From the NCBI RefSeq assembly GCF_018350175.1, contig NC_058368.1, forward strand, positions 103,728,001-103,792,000: a stretch of 64,000 bases of DNA, read 5' to 3'. Below are positions 1 to 13,884 of this stretch, piece by piece. The DNA is from Felis catus (Eukaryota). The notes under the pieces were generated by a model. That model was not told the DNA's origin and made no database searches. It saw only the letters and a list, made by a program, of their open reading frames with translations. The position numbers and the translations under genes were made by a program. Position 1 is the stretch's first letter, and the number at the start of each line of letters is the position of its first letter.

Positions 1-260
1 TGTGGGGGCTCTGGGACAGATTTAATTGGATTTAGTGAGTTATGGAGGAAATTCACATACTTTAATCTGTTATCTCTGCTCTGAACAGTTTTCCTTGAAC
101 TAACAGACAGAAATCCACAAATCGAATCCATTCATATTTGAATGATAACAGGAAGTCCTGTCATCCATGAACCCAGATTAAACTCAGCCTATTTTTAACA
201 CTATTCTCCCCAACTCGCTGAACATGGGGAGGAATGACTCTCAAAAATGATGTGACTCCT

Positions 261-620
261 TATTACTCAGCAATCAAAAAAGGTGAAATCTTACCATTTA
301 CAACTACGTGGATGGAACTAGAGAGTATTATGCGAAGCAAACTTAGAGAAAGACAAATATCATATGATTTCACTCATAGGAGGGCTTTAAGATACAAAAC
401 AGATGAACATAAGGGGAGGGAAGCAAAAAGAATATAAAAACAGAGAGGGGGACAAAACATAAGAGACTCTTAAATACAGATTGCAGAGGGTTGATGGAGG
501 GGTTGTGGGAAGGCGGATGGGCTAAATGGGTAAGGGGCAATAAGGAATCTACTCTTGAAATCACTGTTGCACTATAGGCTAACTAACTTGGATGTAAATT
601 AAAAAATAAATAAATTTTTA
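261..620 (+). mobile_element. 5'-truncated carnivore L1 (ORF2 C-terminus + 3'UTR + A-tail)
   Basis: ORF 234-437 has L1 ORF2 C-terminal motifs (YYSAIKK.EILPF.TTWMELE); perfect 18-bp TSD aaaaatgatgtgactcct at 243-260 and 621-638. Confidence 0.93.
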
Positions 621-3600
621 AAAAATGATGTGACTCCTGTACAGTGAGTCTGTACAGTGAGAGCTGTTTTCGTTTAAAATAACCTTGTGAGAAAAATAAA
701 ACTCAACAGTTTAAGGAATGGACCCTCAAAGGGGAGGCCAAACGTCTTGAGATCAGCCTCCTCTGCAGCAACTCCGAATGGTCCTTTTGCTCTGAGTAAA
801 GCTTCCAATTCCTCAGTCACTTGTCTAATTCACTGTCCACGGCCACCAACATGTGATATGTCACAGGAGGGCCTCCCCTCCTCACCCCCACCCCATATCC
901 ACCACCGAACGAAAGCCAAAAGGTTGACAAAAGTTATTCACCCACAGAGTCATTAGCGGAGAAAACGGGGGAAAGAAGAATTTACTTCCCCTCATCCACA
1001 GATAATCATCTTCTGTCCTAAAGCATAAATTTTGATTACCCAGATTATTTTAGCTTTCAGAGTCACACGGGTTATAAGTGGTAATAAAATCGTTCAGCCT
1101 TATAAAAATTAAAAAAAAAAAAAAGATTCCAACCACAGTATTTAAGAATCTGACCTCACAGCATATTATCCACCCACTGTGGTAAAGTAATTTTCTCTTT
1201 GCTGTCAGTGTGACCCCTTTTTTCCTTTCTCTAGCTACACTTCAAAAAGAAAAGAAAGTGATATGACTGAACTCATCAGGGCACAAATGTTTGCAGTCAA
1301 GGAATGGGGTTTTTTGTTTTGTTTTGTTTCATCTGCTTTTCTGTATAAAGTTAAATAGCCTACATAGATGCCAAAATCAAGAGCTTAATCACAACGTACT
1401 TAAACCCAACAGAGGAACGGGTAGCGTTTAAGCGTGATCACCTCGTGGAGAGGTGAAATCCTTCCAACTCAGCTAACTTTGTTCTCACCGCCTTGATGAC
1501 TGTGAGCTGGAGACGCATCTCAAGGACACTGCACTCACTGTCCAATGAGCCTTCCAGAAGCTTTGCTTCCCTCAACTATCCCTGCTAAAATACACACTAA
1601 CGTTTATGGTTGTTTTTAATGCTTGTTCATTTCTAATACTTAAACCTTCACAAACCAGTAGGCAAAGTTACTCTTTTCAACAAGCATCTCACATTTCAAA
1701 GAAAATCCATGTTGGCATGGCTATGAAACAGCAGCATTCTTTGTGGATCCACGTCTATCTCTGGAGCAAGGAATCAGGTTTTCAAAGGGCCCAGTGAGGC
1801 ATGGAGAAATTCAAGCAGGCACTTGGAAAAGCTGTGCTCCTAAGAGCTACAGAAGTGTATGTGTAATATAGTTCCATTTTTTTTAATTCCACATGCAGAG
1901 ACCGGGAAACAGGAAACAAAATACTTCTAAATGTCATGAGTAGTAGAATTACACTTTTTTCTTTTTTTCCTATATGCTTCTATGTTTTCCAAAATATCTG
2001 CCACAAACCTGCTATTTTTGTAATCATATTTTTTCAAAGCATATGAAGTTAAAGAGACGACTTTTCTTTCCGCGACTGCTGGTCTGAAGCATAGATTAAC
2101 TGAATTTCGGAGTATTTGGTTATCAGAAGGATTCCCCTCAAATAAACTTGTGGTATATCCAAGAGATAAATTATGTCTGCTCTATACAAAGATTTCTTTT
2201 CATCAACCATATTGTAAATTGCTTGCATTTACAGTTACCAAATTACCACCCTGCTTGAATTTCTCTTTTCTTGGCCATACCTAGTCAAGTATTCAACAAA
2301 ACACAAATGCTTAACAAGAGAATCACCATACGTCAATTGCTTTGGGCATCTTGTTCAATAGTCTTTTGAGGATCGCAACTTTATTTTTAATAATTAAGTA
2401 ACTCTCTACTTACAATACACTTCTACCAGATAATCCCCACATCCTTCTGCTCTGAGAACGAGTGGAAAATGCTAATATGTTTTCATCAAGTAAATATGTT
2501 AGGAATTTTGCCTAGAGGAGTAGAGTGAGAGCCAAAAAACAGAGGGAGCTCATCATTGCTTATATACAGCACATATACCAAGGACAAAGGTGTAAAAAAT
2601 GTTGGTTTGTATCAGAAAAAAAAAAAAGAAAAATAGATTCTTAGAACTGTTTTGTTTTAAAAAAAATAATAATCCATTCAACAGCTGAATTTGAAACACA
2701 GTTTACCAGTTGTTACAGTAAATATATTCAAAGTGAATCATATAACCACTAATGAGGTTTGAATCACTCAAGTGTACATTTGCTGTGACAACATTTTTCC
2801 CTTTACAGATCATCCCTCTATTTATAAAAGAGCTGAAAATTAACATTTCCTGCTTTTGTCAAACTGAAGCATCTTTCAATAGTTCCCAGCAAACATCTGA
2901 AGGATTCTTGCATCCTGAGATCATCTGGCCATTATGTTTTCAAGTGTTGTCTCTTTTCAAGAACCGGGTGAGACGCGCAGAATAAGTGATTGCAGATTCT
3001 TTGTAAAATAGCAACAAGAACACAACAAAAATACCCGATGGAGAAAAGATCATGGGTTACCATTCACGGCAGATGGGAATCAACGTAAATTGACAGTGGA
3101 AGTTTTCATTCTGCTTTGCACATGACTAACCACATGTAAAGCCTGAACCCCAGAGAAATGAAAAACAAAATTGCGTAGCTGTGTTTTTAATACTGTGATT
3201 ATTAGTATATCGAGCTTTAAACAGATTTGTTTCCTCCTAATTGAAATAGTTTCTTAAATAACATCCTTTTAAGAGCATGTGCTGTTCAGATACCAAACAC
3301 ACCGTAATGCCCACTCATCTGCACAAGCATTAATCTTAAAGGGGAACAGTTTTCTGGGTACTTTTAATATAGCCTCCCCTTGTCAACAGTGAGATGGAAA
3401 AGTCACAGTTCTTCTGCAGACATGTCAGCTGAAAATGCTAAACAGAGGAAGAACGTTCTCATTCTACTGTAGACCTGATGTTCTCTACTCTCTGGTAAAT
3501 AAAAGTTCAGGCCCTGGAATTTCACTGCATATAAGGGAACATCTTAAGATCCATAGCATAGTCTCATTTCTTGAAGGAGTGAATAAAGTAATATTTTGTC

Positions 3601-5412
3601 ATGGGATTTACCCAGTTCCCCAAGTGGCAGACACACAGGCAAGTATGTAAAATCAACTACCTAGAAGATGTTTCCAAATTATTTTACTGAGCACATTCTT
3701 GTCTTCAACATCTTTCTCATCTCTTATTCTTTCAAAATATTTCTTTTCAAAACTGATACACTCTGAGTTCACTTTTTAAGAGAGGGATGGTCTCACTCTT
3801 TTGAATCTACTGCCATAGTCATGTCCTGTCATTCTCTAATAATTTTACCTCCTGCAATACCCTTTGTAGTTTACCATCAAGCCCATGCCGTTCCTTGTCT
3901 ATGAAATGTCTTTCATACACCTGTCTTCATTCTCCACTGTCAAAATAGCACTCATCCTTCAAGGACTCATTCAAATAATGCCTTTCCCCTGTGGCATTCC
4001 CCTGAATATTTTATTTATAATTACATTAAGTTTTGGCTAATAAATGTCCCTTTCTCACCTTGTGGGTTTGTCCTCTGTGATAAGATTCTAAAGACACATG
4101 GGCAGAGAGAGAGAGAGGAAAAATATGCACCTAGCTAGCCAAGTCAACTAAACCGACCTCACTAATCAATAAGATGGTCAATGTCAGAGCTAAAGCACCC
4201 TTACAATCAATACCTCTCCCGAGGCACCCAATAGTCAGCATTATACTCTATAGTTTTGGGGCTGCTTTCTTACTACCATGAGCATCTTGAGGGCTTATTT
4301 ATATTTGTAACTCAACATCTGGTCAATATCTACTACTTACTCAGGGCTTAACAAATATATGTTAACACAGCCTGCATGTTTCAACCCTAGTTTTTCTTGT
4401 TTGTTTCTTTTCGGTTTTTTTGTTTTGTGTTGTTTTGGTTTGGTTTGATTTGGTTTTTGGTTTTGGTCCACATCGTAACATTTCACTGCAAAAATGATTC
4501 CAAACAGTGAAACAGACTTTTAAAAGGGTAGACAAATCTCCTCAATGGAAATTATTTTCAATGGCATTGACCATCAATCATTATTACAAAATGTAAGTAA
4601 AAGCATTGCTGATGAGGGAATTTTATTATAGAAGATTCTTTTTTAACTTCCAAAGAAATAGAATAAGGACAAAGTTTAAGCTTGTATAGAGACAAATGAT
4701 GAGTTTACAAAGGAAAAAGCAACTTCGTCTAAAAATTAAACACCAAGCTCTCACAGCCTGTAATTCAAAACATCTCCCCCACAAACACACAAAATTTTAC
4801 AGTTCATTTAAGAAATGAGTGTCATGACATTCAGCTTTCCTAGACTGAGGTTCAGAGTTGTACTTGTTATTTGAAAACAGTATGTTTAGGAAGTGGTCCT
4901 CCTTCGGATAGTGCACTTTGAATGGTCAGTTTGGGCTCAGGTTTCACACAGTGACAACACTAACATAACCAATATTTATGAGTTTTTGAACCATGAAAAT
5001 GTGAGAAAATAATCTTTTAAAATAACAGTTCCATGATATGTCTTTAATCAAACAATCAAACAGAGCATCCAAGAAAATGTAGTTTTGTATATACTAAACG
5101 GTGCCCTTCACAGTTACATTTTTAGCCAAAGCAACTTGAGCACATGGAAAAAAAAGAAATGTTTTTCTATAGAAACTATGCTTATGATTTTCCTATTCCA
5201 TTACCCCTCTTTCTAAGTGCATTTGTATAAATAGTATGATTCATTGATTTGAAAATTAGTTAAATTAGTTATTGCATTTACAGGCACTGTGAGTAGGTAT
5301 AACTCAAGATAGTCAACCATACAAAACAGTAAAGTTTTGTTCTGGCTTCATTCAAAGAACTCAGTGTTAGATTGTTGTATGAATAAAAAAGGAGGCAGAT
5401 GAGGAATATGAG

Positions 5413-5588
5413 GAGAAGAAGATGAAGAAGAAGAAGAAGAAGAAGAAGAAGAAGAAGAAGAAGAAGAAGAAGGAGGAGGAGAAGGAGGAGGAGGAGAAGG
5501 AGGAGAAGGGGGAGAAGGAGAAGGAGAAGGAGAAGGAGAAGGAGAAGGAGAAGGAGAAGGAGAAGGAGAAGGAGAAGGAGAAGGAGAA
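5413..5588. repeat. Compound purine microsatellite (GAA)n-(GGA)n-(GAAGGA)n
   Basis: Directly visible. Confidence 0.97.
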
Positions 5589-5625
5589 AAATTAAGAGGA
5601 GGAAAAGAAGTAAAGAACAAGAAAA

Positions 5626-5714
5626 GGGGCTCCTGGCTGGATCAGTTGGTAGAGCATATCACTCTTGATCTCAAGGTCACAAGTCCAAGCCCCACATTGG
5701 GGGTAAAATTTACT

Positions 5715-5770
<56 letters not shown>

Positions 5771-5772
5771 AA
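5626..5772 (+). mobile_element. Short Can-SINE (tRNA-derived head) with (AAAT)n tail
   Basis: ggggctcctggctggatcagttggtagagcat head, then (taaa)n. Confidence 0.85.
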
Positions 5773-5775
5773 AGT

Positions 5776-5962
5776 GGTACACCTGGGTGATTCAGTCAGT
5801 TAAACATCTACCTCTTGATTTTGGCTCAGGCCATGATCTCATGGATGTGAGATCAAGCCCCACATTGGGCTCTGCACTGGACATAGAGCCTGCTTAAAAT
5901 TCTCTCCCTCTCCCTCTGCCCCTCCCCCACTCACAGTCTCTCAAAAAATAAAATTCAAAAAT
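5776..5962 (+). mobile_element. Can-SINE
   Basis: Head cacctgggtgattcagtcagttaa, ggctcaggccatgatctc, CT-rich region, A-tail. Confidence 0.9.
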
Positions 5963-5969
5963 AAAGTAA

Positions 5970-6200
5970 GGGGTTCCTGAGTGGCTCAGTGGGGTAAATG
6001 TTCAACTTTGGCTCAGGTCATGATCTCACGGCTCATGAGTTCGAGTCCCACATCGGGCTCTGTGCTGACAACTCAAAGCCTGGAGCCTGTTTCAGGTTCC
6101 ATCTCTCTCTCTCTCTGCCCCTTCCCCACTCACACTCTGTGTGTGTCTCTCTCTCAAAAATGAATAAGCATTTAAAAACATGTTTTTAAATAAAATAAAA
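5970..6200 (+). mobile_element. Can-SINE (felid type)
   Basis: ggctcaggtcatgatctcacgg...agcctggagcctgtttcag, (CT)n, A-tail. Confidence 0.92.
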
Positions 6201-6337
6201 AAAAGATACAAGAAAGAAGGAGGAGAAGAAATAATAATATCCTAAAGAAGAAAAGAAGTTATCCATAAAAAAAGAAGTTGTCTGTCTTGTTGCTGAGCAT
6301 CAGAGATAATTTGTTTTAGAATTTATTTAAGCAATAT

Positions 6338-6380
6338 ACACACATAGACACACACACTCATACACACACACACACACAGT

Positions 6381-6424
<44 letters not shown>
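6338..6424. repeat. (CA)n microsatellite, interrupted
   Basis: Directly visible. Confidence 0.95.
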
Positions 6425-6428
<4 letters not shown>

Positions 6429-6454
6429 TTTCCCAGAGCTTTGTTAAAATTCAG

Positions 6455-7030
6455 GTAAAACGAGAAAAAATCAAAAACAAATAAAAAATCCTAAAAGAAG
6501 CCAGGGGAGAAACCATACCATATCTATAGAGGAACAAAGATAAGAATTACACCTGACTTCTCAGAAACTGTGCAAGCAAAGAGAGTGGAGTGAAATATTT
6601 AAAATGTTGAAAGGAAAAAACACCAACTTAGAATTCTATACCCTGAAAAAATCCTTCAGAAGTAAGAGGGGCCTGGGTGGCTCAGTAAGTTAAGCAACTG
6701 ACTCTTGATTTCAGCTCAGGTTATGACCCCATGGTTATGGGATCGAGGCCCAAGGAGCCTGCTCAAGATTCTCCCTCTCCCTCTGCCCCTCTACCCCACT
6801 TGGTCTTGCTCTCTATTGCTCTCTCTAAAAAAAAAAAAATTTTAATAAAGTAAAAGAGAAATAAAGACTTTCTTAGACAAATAAAACTTGGAACAAATTT
6901 GTTGCCAATTGACCTTCTTTACAAGAAATGTTAAAAGAAGTTATTTAGAGGAAAGGAAAAGAATATAGGTCAGAAACTCAGATAGGCATAAAATAAGCAG
7001 GAGCATCAAAGGAGGGATAAGTTAAGGTAA
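6455..7030 (+). mobile_element. Old L1 ORF1 3' fragment, split by a SINE
   Basis: aagaattacacctgacttctcagaaac...ccaacttagaattctataccctg...aaataaagactttc resembles L1 ORF1 C-terminal coding sequence. Confidence 0.75.
6668..6840 (+). mobile_element. Can-SINE
   Basis: ggggcctgggtggctcagtaagttaagc head, CT-rich region, poly(A). Confidence 0.9.
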
Positions 7031-7240
7031 GATAAAACATGCAAGATGTTAGTTTGTGCCAGTATTGACAGTCTTAGTACTGTTCTAGACATAAAGGACA
7101 TAAGGTATAAATGAAAATGAAATACACACATATATGAAAGTAAAATCATTTTTTAGAAATAAAGGGTTGGGGTTTTTTCATAGGATGTTTACCTATGGCT
7201 TTCCACTAGACTAAATATAAAAGTAGAAAACAGTTTTCCA

Positions 7241-7482
7241 GGGCACCAGGAGGCTCAGTTGGTTAAGTGTCCAACTCTCGATTTCGGTTCAGGTCATGAT
7301 CTCAGTGTTCGTGGGACTGAGTCCCTACATCGAGCCCTGCATTGGGCTCCACACTGACAGCACAGAGCCTGTCTGGTATTCTCTCTCCCCCTCTTTCTCT
7401 GCCTCTGCCCAATTCATGTGTGTAAATGCACACACGCTCTCTTTCTCTCTCTAAAAAACAAACAAATAAATAAATAAATAAT
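7241..7482 (+). mobile_element. Can-SINE
   Basis: gggcaccaggaggctcagttggttaag head, (CT)n, (AAAT)n tail. Confidence 0.9.
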
Positions 7483-7616
7483 TACATAAAAACTTTTTAA
7501 AAAAGAGTTAAATTTCCATTAATATGTGAATAATCAGAAAGCATTATGGCATTATGATTACTTTTAACAGAACAAGAAAGACATCAGGGATCTGCTTCCC
7601 TAACAGACATCTTGGA

Positions 7617-8942
<1,326 letters not shown>

Positions 8943-9217
8943 CTGATTTTGTTGATTTTAGTTACACTCAGTGGTGTGGCAGTTACTATTTAACAACCCT
9001 CTCCTGTGGGCCAATATGGTCTGTGCCAGCACACTTTCCCCCGTTTAAGGCAAAGATGTTCAGCTTTCCCTGATATCATTTTGTTTATTGTCACTGACAA
9101 AGCCCAAGTTTTTTCAACAATGTATTCACTGAGAAATTTTCCAGCTTTGAAGAGCCCCCTAACCAAGTGAAATTTAATTTGAAATTAGAAATGAGGTCAA
9201 CAATGTTACTCTACTAA

Positions 9218-9425
9218 AACAGTGGTTAAGTCCATGGGACTTTCTTATTTTTAAGTCCCTGGGATTTTAGACAGTCAGACTGAAATCCTATTAATTCCTA
9301 GAAGACATGATTCTGAGCTTGCCACTTAACCTCTGTAAACCACTTTTCCATATCTCTAAGTTGAACATAATACCAGCCCTGCCTTACTGTTTCATAAAAA
9401 TTAAACTAAATAATCCATGTAATGT
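9218..9425 (+). mobile_element. MIR relic
   Basis: cagtggttaag...ccacttaacctctgt...ataatccatgtaa resembles the MIR core. Confidence 0.5.
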
Positions 9426-10294
9426 ATATCCTGTAATCACCATATGTGCATAGGACACACACAAACAAAGAAAAAAAAACACTCAAATTACATTATCTAC
9501 TCTTATTCTTTGAGAAAAATCAGAGTATTTACAGCTATAACTTCCAAACTAATAGTCTATCTTGTGTAAAAATGAATTCGCTTTCCTGAGTTATTTATAG
9601 TGGCACTTTAAATTTATTTTCAAAAATGAACAAGTACATTTAATTTAAAATTAATAAGACCATTATTGTGTATTCATTAAAATTTCATGTGATTATTGGA
9701 AGCGTTTATAAGGTACGCAGTGGACTCATTATATAGAGAGACAGTAATTAAGCTTTAATAAATGGAATTTGAAATAATCATTTATAAAAATATATTATTG
9801 AATTTGAGACCTCTTATTTTAAAATCTATCTATAGTAGCTATTCACTAGAGGCAAAATAAGAAATTATATGTTTTGTGAATATTTAAACAAATAGAATTA
9901 ATTTTAGGAACGGATGACAAAGGGTAAGTCTTCCAGTCAGAGCCAATCTCCTGTCTGCTAGAAAACCATGTTGCAGTCAGGACAGTCTTCTGACTTTCTT
10001 TTCTGCATCTTCTCCTTTTTTAATAATCAAGGTCATTACTTAATGATGTCAACAGTGCCTCCTTTCTTCCTGCAAACTGTGACAATAAATGGCAGGTTTG
10101 TACATGTGTTGTCACGAAGGTCAGGATATAATTGACTTCACTAATAATACCTGGGTGGTTTAATTTAATTTGCAGATAATTTCTCTGGTTTGCTTTTTTT
10201 TTCCCCTTATTTGTGATTTTGCAAGGGAAATGGCAATGTCTAATTTCACTTCTTTAAAACATTTGGTCACCTGAATAGCTAAATTATAAATTTC

Positions 10295-10435
10295 AAGAAG
10301 GCACCATGAATATTTTATTTACAATTTTTCCCCCAGCTACTAGCACAGTGCCTGGAATGTAACTAGGGCGGATTTAATAAAGTTTTCTCAAGTGAATGAA
10401 TGAATCAATGAATGAACGCATGAATGAACGAATAA
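10295..10435 (+). mobile_element. L2 3' end
   Basis: tagcacagtgcctgg...(tgaa)n terminus typical of L2. Confidence 0.6.
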
Positions 10436-10795
10436 AGAAAATAGTGCAAAACATGTCTCAGAAATTACTAGAATTGTTCAGAGTAGTACTTTCTTACCTC
10501 AGTTGTAAGCTCCTTTATTTTTTCTTTAGAGTACTTCTTATAGTGTGACAATACATGTTATATGATTATTTGATTAATGATTACCTCTCCCACTAGATTA
10601 TTCTACTTACAGTAATACTCACTATCAACTTCTATGACAGGAGCAAGCACTTAGTAAGCACTCAGTAAACAATGATCAAGGAATCAATGGCCCCTGTTTA
10701 GGTAGCCCATTAATTAGTAGACATCAAAGCTCTACTTTAAAGTCCTATGCCCCACTTTATTTGACAAGAAAACTCTGCAATAAAAAGCAAGTCTA

Positions 10796-11000
10796 GGGGT
10801 GCCTGGATGGCTCAGTTGGTTAAGCATCCAACTCTTGATTTCAGCTCAGGTCATGATCTCACAGTTCATGAGTTCAAGTAGTGGGCTCCACACTAAGAGT
10901 GCAGTGCCTGCTTGGGATTCTCTCTCTCTTCCTCTCTGTCTGCCCCTCCCCCAATCTCGCTCCCATGCTCGCTCTTAAAATAAATAAATAAACTTTTTTT
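10796..11000 (+). mobile_element. Can-SINE
   Basis: ggggtgcctggatggctcagttggttaagc head, CT-rich region, A-tail. Confidence 0.92.
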
Positions 11001-11029
11001 TAAAAAAGCAAGCCTATTTGATAATATTT

Positions 11030-11140
11030 TGTTAATGTTTATTTATTTTTGAGACGGAGACAGAGTGTGAGTGGGAGGGCAGAGAGAGAGAGGGATACAC
11101 AGAATCTGAAGTAGGCTCCAGGCTCCGAGCCTGACATAGG
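11030..11140 (-). mobile_element. 5'-truncated Can-SINE
   Basis: 3' half only; TSD tgataatattt at 11019-11029 and 11142-11152. Confidence 0.85.
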
Positions 11141-11304
11141 ATGATAATATTTATTATACATTGGCATATGCCCCAAGATTTTCAGTTGTCCTTTATACAT
11201 GAGAAGTCTTTAGAGATAGAGTTTTATCTCATTTTCTCTGAATAAACATGACATGCAGACCAGCATTTGTATCCTCACGTTTAAAATATTTAATATATAT
11301 TCTA

Positions 11305-11428
11305 GAGGTGCTGGGTGGCTCAGTTGGTTAAGTGTCCAACCCTTGATTTTGGCTCAGGTCGTAATCTCACGATTTGTGATTTTGAGCCTGCATGAGGCTC
11401 TGCAGTGACAATGCAGAGCCTAGTTGGG

Positions 11429-11478
<50 letters not shown>

Positions 11479-11560
11479 GCTCTGCTCCTCCCCCCTCCAC
11501 TCCTCACTCTCATTCTCTCTCTCTCAAAATAAATAAACTTAAAAACATTTTTATAAAATA
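11305..11560 (+). mobile_element. Can-SINE with expanded (CT)n
   Basis: Consensus head and body; near-TSD taa(t/c)atatattcta on both sides. Confidence 0.92.
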
Positions 11561-11606
11561 CATAACATATATTCTAAAATATACAACATATTATAAATTA
11601 TAATAC

Positions 11607-11824
11607 TTTATTTTTTTAATGATTTTATTTTTATTTTTATTTTTGAGAGACAGAGAGTGCCAGCAGGGGAGGGGCAGAGAGAGAGGGAGACACAGAATCC
11701 GAAGCAGGCTCCAGGCTCTGAGCCATCAGCACAAAGCCCGACACGGGGCTCGAACTCACAGACTACGAGATCATGACCTGAGCTGAAGTCGGACGTCCGA
11801 CTGACTGAGCCAGCCAGGCGCCCC
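11607..11824 (-). mobile_element. Can-SINE (felid type)
   Basis: Reverse complement of consensus, ending ...gccaggcgcccc. Confidence 0.93.
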
Positions 11825-12416
11825 TAAACGGTATTATTTTAAGTGCTCTATATCTCATCAGCCAAGTAAGCTCCAGTTATTGGTCCAACTATTTTACCTT
11901 GTTTTTGAAGGTGGGACCAGTAATATTATAAAACAAAACATGTATCTGGTCAGGTCTCAGTGTGCACCACAAAGGTGTCCGTGATTTGTGGTCCATATGA
12001 AACCAAAATATATTCAATATATAGCCCTACATATTGTCAACGTAACCTTTGGGTCTCTTTTTATGTTCCAAGGGAAAATGCTGTGGAAAACTCCCTATAC
12101 ACAAACCAACAGGCTTTCTCACATATTTCCCTCTCTCTTTTCAAAGGTGAAATAAATTTAATCTGAACACTAAGGAGTCTCTTATGTAAATGTAAATTAA
12201 CACAACGTAAAGCAACAGTAGCATTAATAATAGCTACCAATTATTAAAGGTCTATTACCTTCTTAGCGGTGCACTAAATCCCTATTCCTTAAAGCTATTC
12301 CTCATGACAACACTGAAAATAAACATAAGTCTCATTTTAATATTCTTCTCAAGATTATGTAGTTAACAAGGGGCACAGCTGGTATGTGAATACAGCATAA
12401 GTCCATACGAATACGG

Positions 12417-12667
12417 CAGAGATTTTCAACCCTGAGGCTGTTGACATTTTAAGCCAAATAATTCTTTGGTGTGGGTGGGGTACCCTGTGCTTCTACCCAA
12501 CGAATGCCAGTGAATCCCCCTCCCAGTTGCAACAACCAAAAATGTCTCCAGATATTGTCAAACGTCACTTAGGGGGTAAAATCTCCCCCACTCCCTACCC
12601 TTCAAAGCCCCACCTATCTCAAGCCATCACCCCCACCCTTGTCCTCCACCCCCATTGAGGACCACTG
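12417..12667 (-). mobile_element. MER20 (hAT-Charlie non-autonomous DNA transposon)
   Basis: ttgacattttaagccaaataattcttt...acaaccaaaaatgtctccagatattgtcaaacgtc...ttgaggaccactg matches recalled MER20 reverse complement. Confidence 0.8.
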
Positions 12668-13615
12668 GAACACAATGCAGTTTCTTCACTATCATTAGGG
12701 AATGAAGGGGGTAAGCCTAAGAGTCCAGCATTCAAATTTAACCTATTTTAGCATGTACTAAAATTGCAAAAACCGGGTATACAGTTATCTGGCAATTTAA
12801 CCAAGGAAACTTCTACCTTCACAAGATATCCTAGGTAAACCAAACTTTACAAGGTAAGGTATTGTTTATTTTCTTGCGCCTTGTTTGGAAATGCTTCAAT
12901 TTGGGGAAACGAAAGGAGCAAAATGGACAAAAACAGAAGTATATTGAGGTTTTCATCTGCAAGTTCCATTTAAGGAATTTAAGTAGGTTAGTGGAATTAA
13001 ATCTGTAAGTTAAAAATGAGAGACAGGATTCCACTTCTTGTTTGTTTTCCAGTGATTTTTTTGGAAACGGGGTTCACCCTGAAGTAAGAGTCATGAATGC
13101 TGTTTCTTCAGGCCCTATATCGTCTCTCACTTCTGTCTAAAGTCAGAGGATCAAAATCGCAAATGATTTTTCTAATTGAAGAAATCAATTAAAAGGATAC
13201 CTTGGAATTCTGAACAGCAATTGCTGAAGGGTAGTTGTGAAAATGAACTGTTGGCTCGTGTTTACTCATTTTGTGAGAACAAATACAACCTTTGTTTCTC
13301 ACACACAGTATCACACCGCTGTGTTTTGTTTTTGCTTCTGTTTTTGGCGCCCTTGGTTTCAGGTTTCGCTTGAGATTTAAAGACGGATAGTACTGCGTAG
13401 TCAGTTACTTTAAGCCACAGCTTTGTCACGCCGTTATCAGAGGTGAAGTAAATTTACCTGCTAACAGTAGTCACCAGCTTTTTTGTTCCTAAAGAAGACT
13501 GTTTAGTTATACACCTGCTCCATAAAACAAATTATATGTAAATATCTTATATCTCCACACCACCAAGATTGATAGAGCATTCCTCTAGAATCAATGAACC
13601 TCAAAAATTAAATAT

Positions 13616-13835
13616 GGGGGCACTTGGCTAGGCTCAGTCAATTAAGCCTCCAACTCCTGGTTTGGGCTCAGGTCACGATCTCACAGTTCGTGAGTTCAAG
13701 CCCTGCATCGGGCTCGGCACTGACAATGCAAAGCCTGCTTGGGATTCTCTCCCTCCCTCTCCCTTTCTCTCTGCCCCTCCCCTGCTCACATGCAGGCTCG
13801 GATGCTCCCTCTCGCTCTCTCTCTTTCAAAATAAA
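13616..13835 (+). mobile_element. Can-SINE
   Basis: Consensus head and body, CT-rich region, aaaataaa tail. Confidence 0.9.
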
Positions 13836-13884
13836 TACATCATACACTTTCAAAAAATATTCAAGAAATTAAATATCAGTAACA

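Noticed and set aside
2380..3143. Possible minus-strand terminal exon (acceptor ~3143, ALHVVSHVQSRMKTSTVNLR*, AATAAA ~2380)
   Set aside because: Peptide not recognised and no supporting upstream exons found.
5348..5620. Pro/Ser-rich 90-aa ORF
   Set aside because: Translation of the purine microsatellite.
5626..5710. tRNA-like sequences here and at other SINE heads
   Set aside because: tRNA-derived Can-SINE heads with A-tails, not tRNA genes.
9908..9929. AG...GTAAGT 16-nt mini-exon
   Set aside because: Weak pyrimidine tract, not frame-preserving; likely chance.
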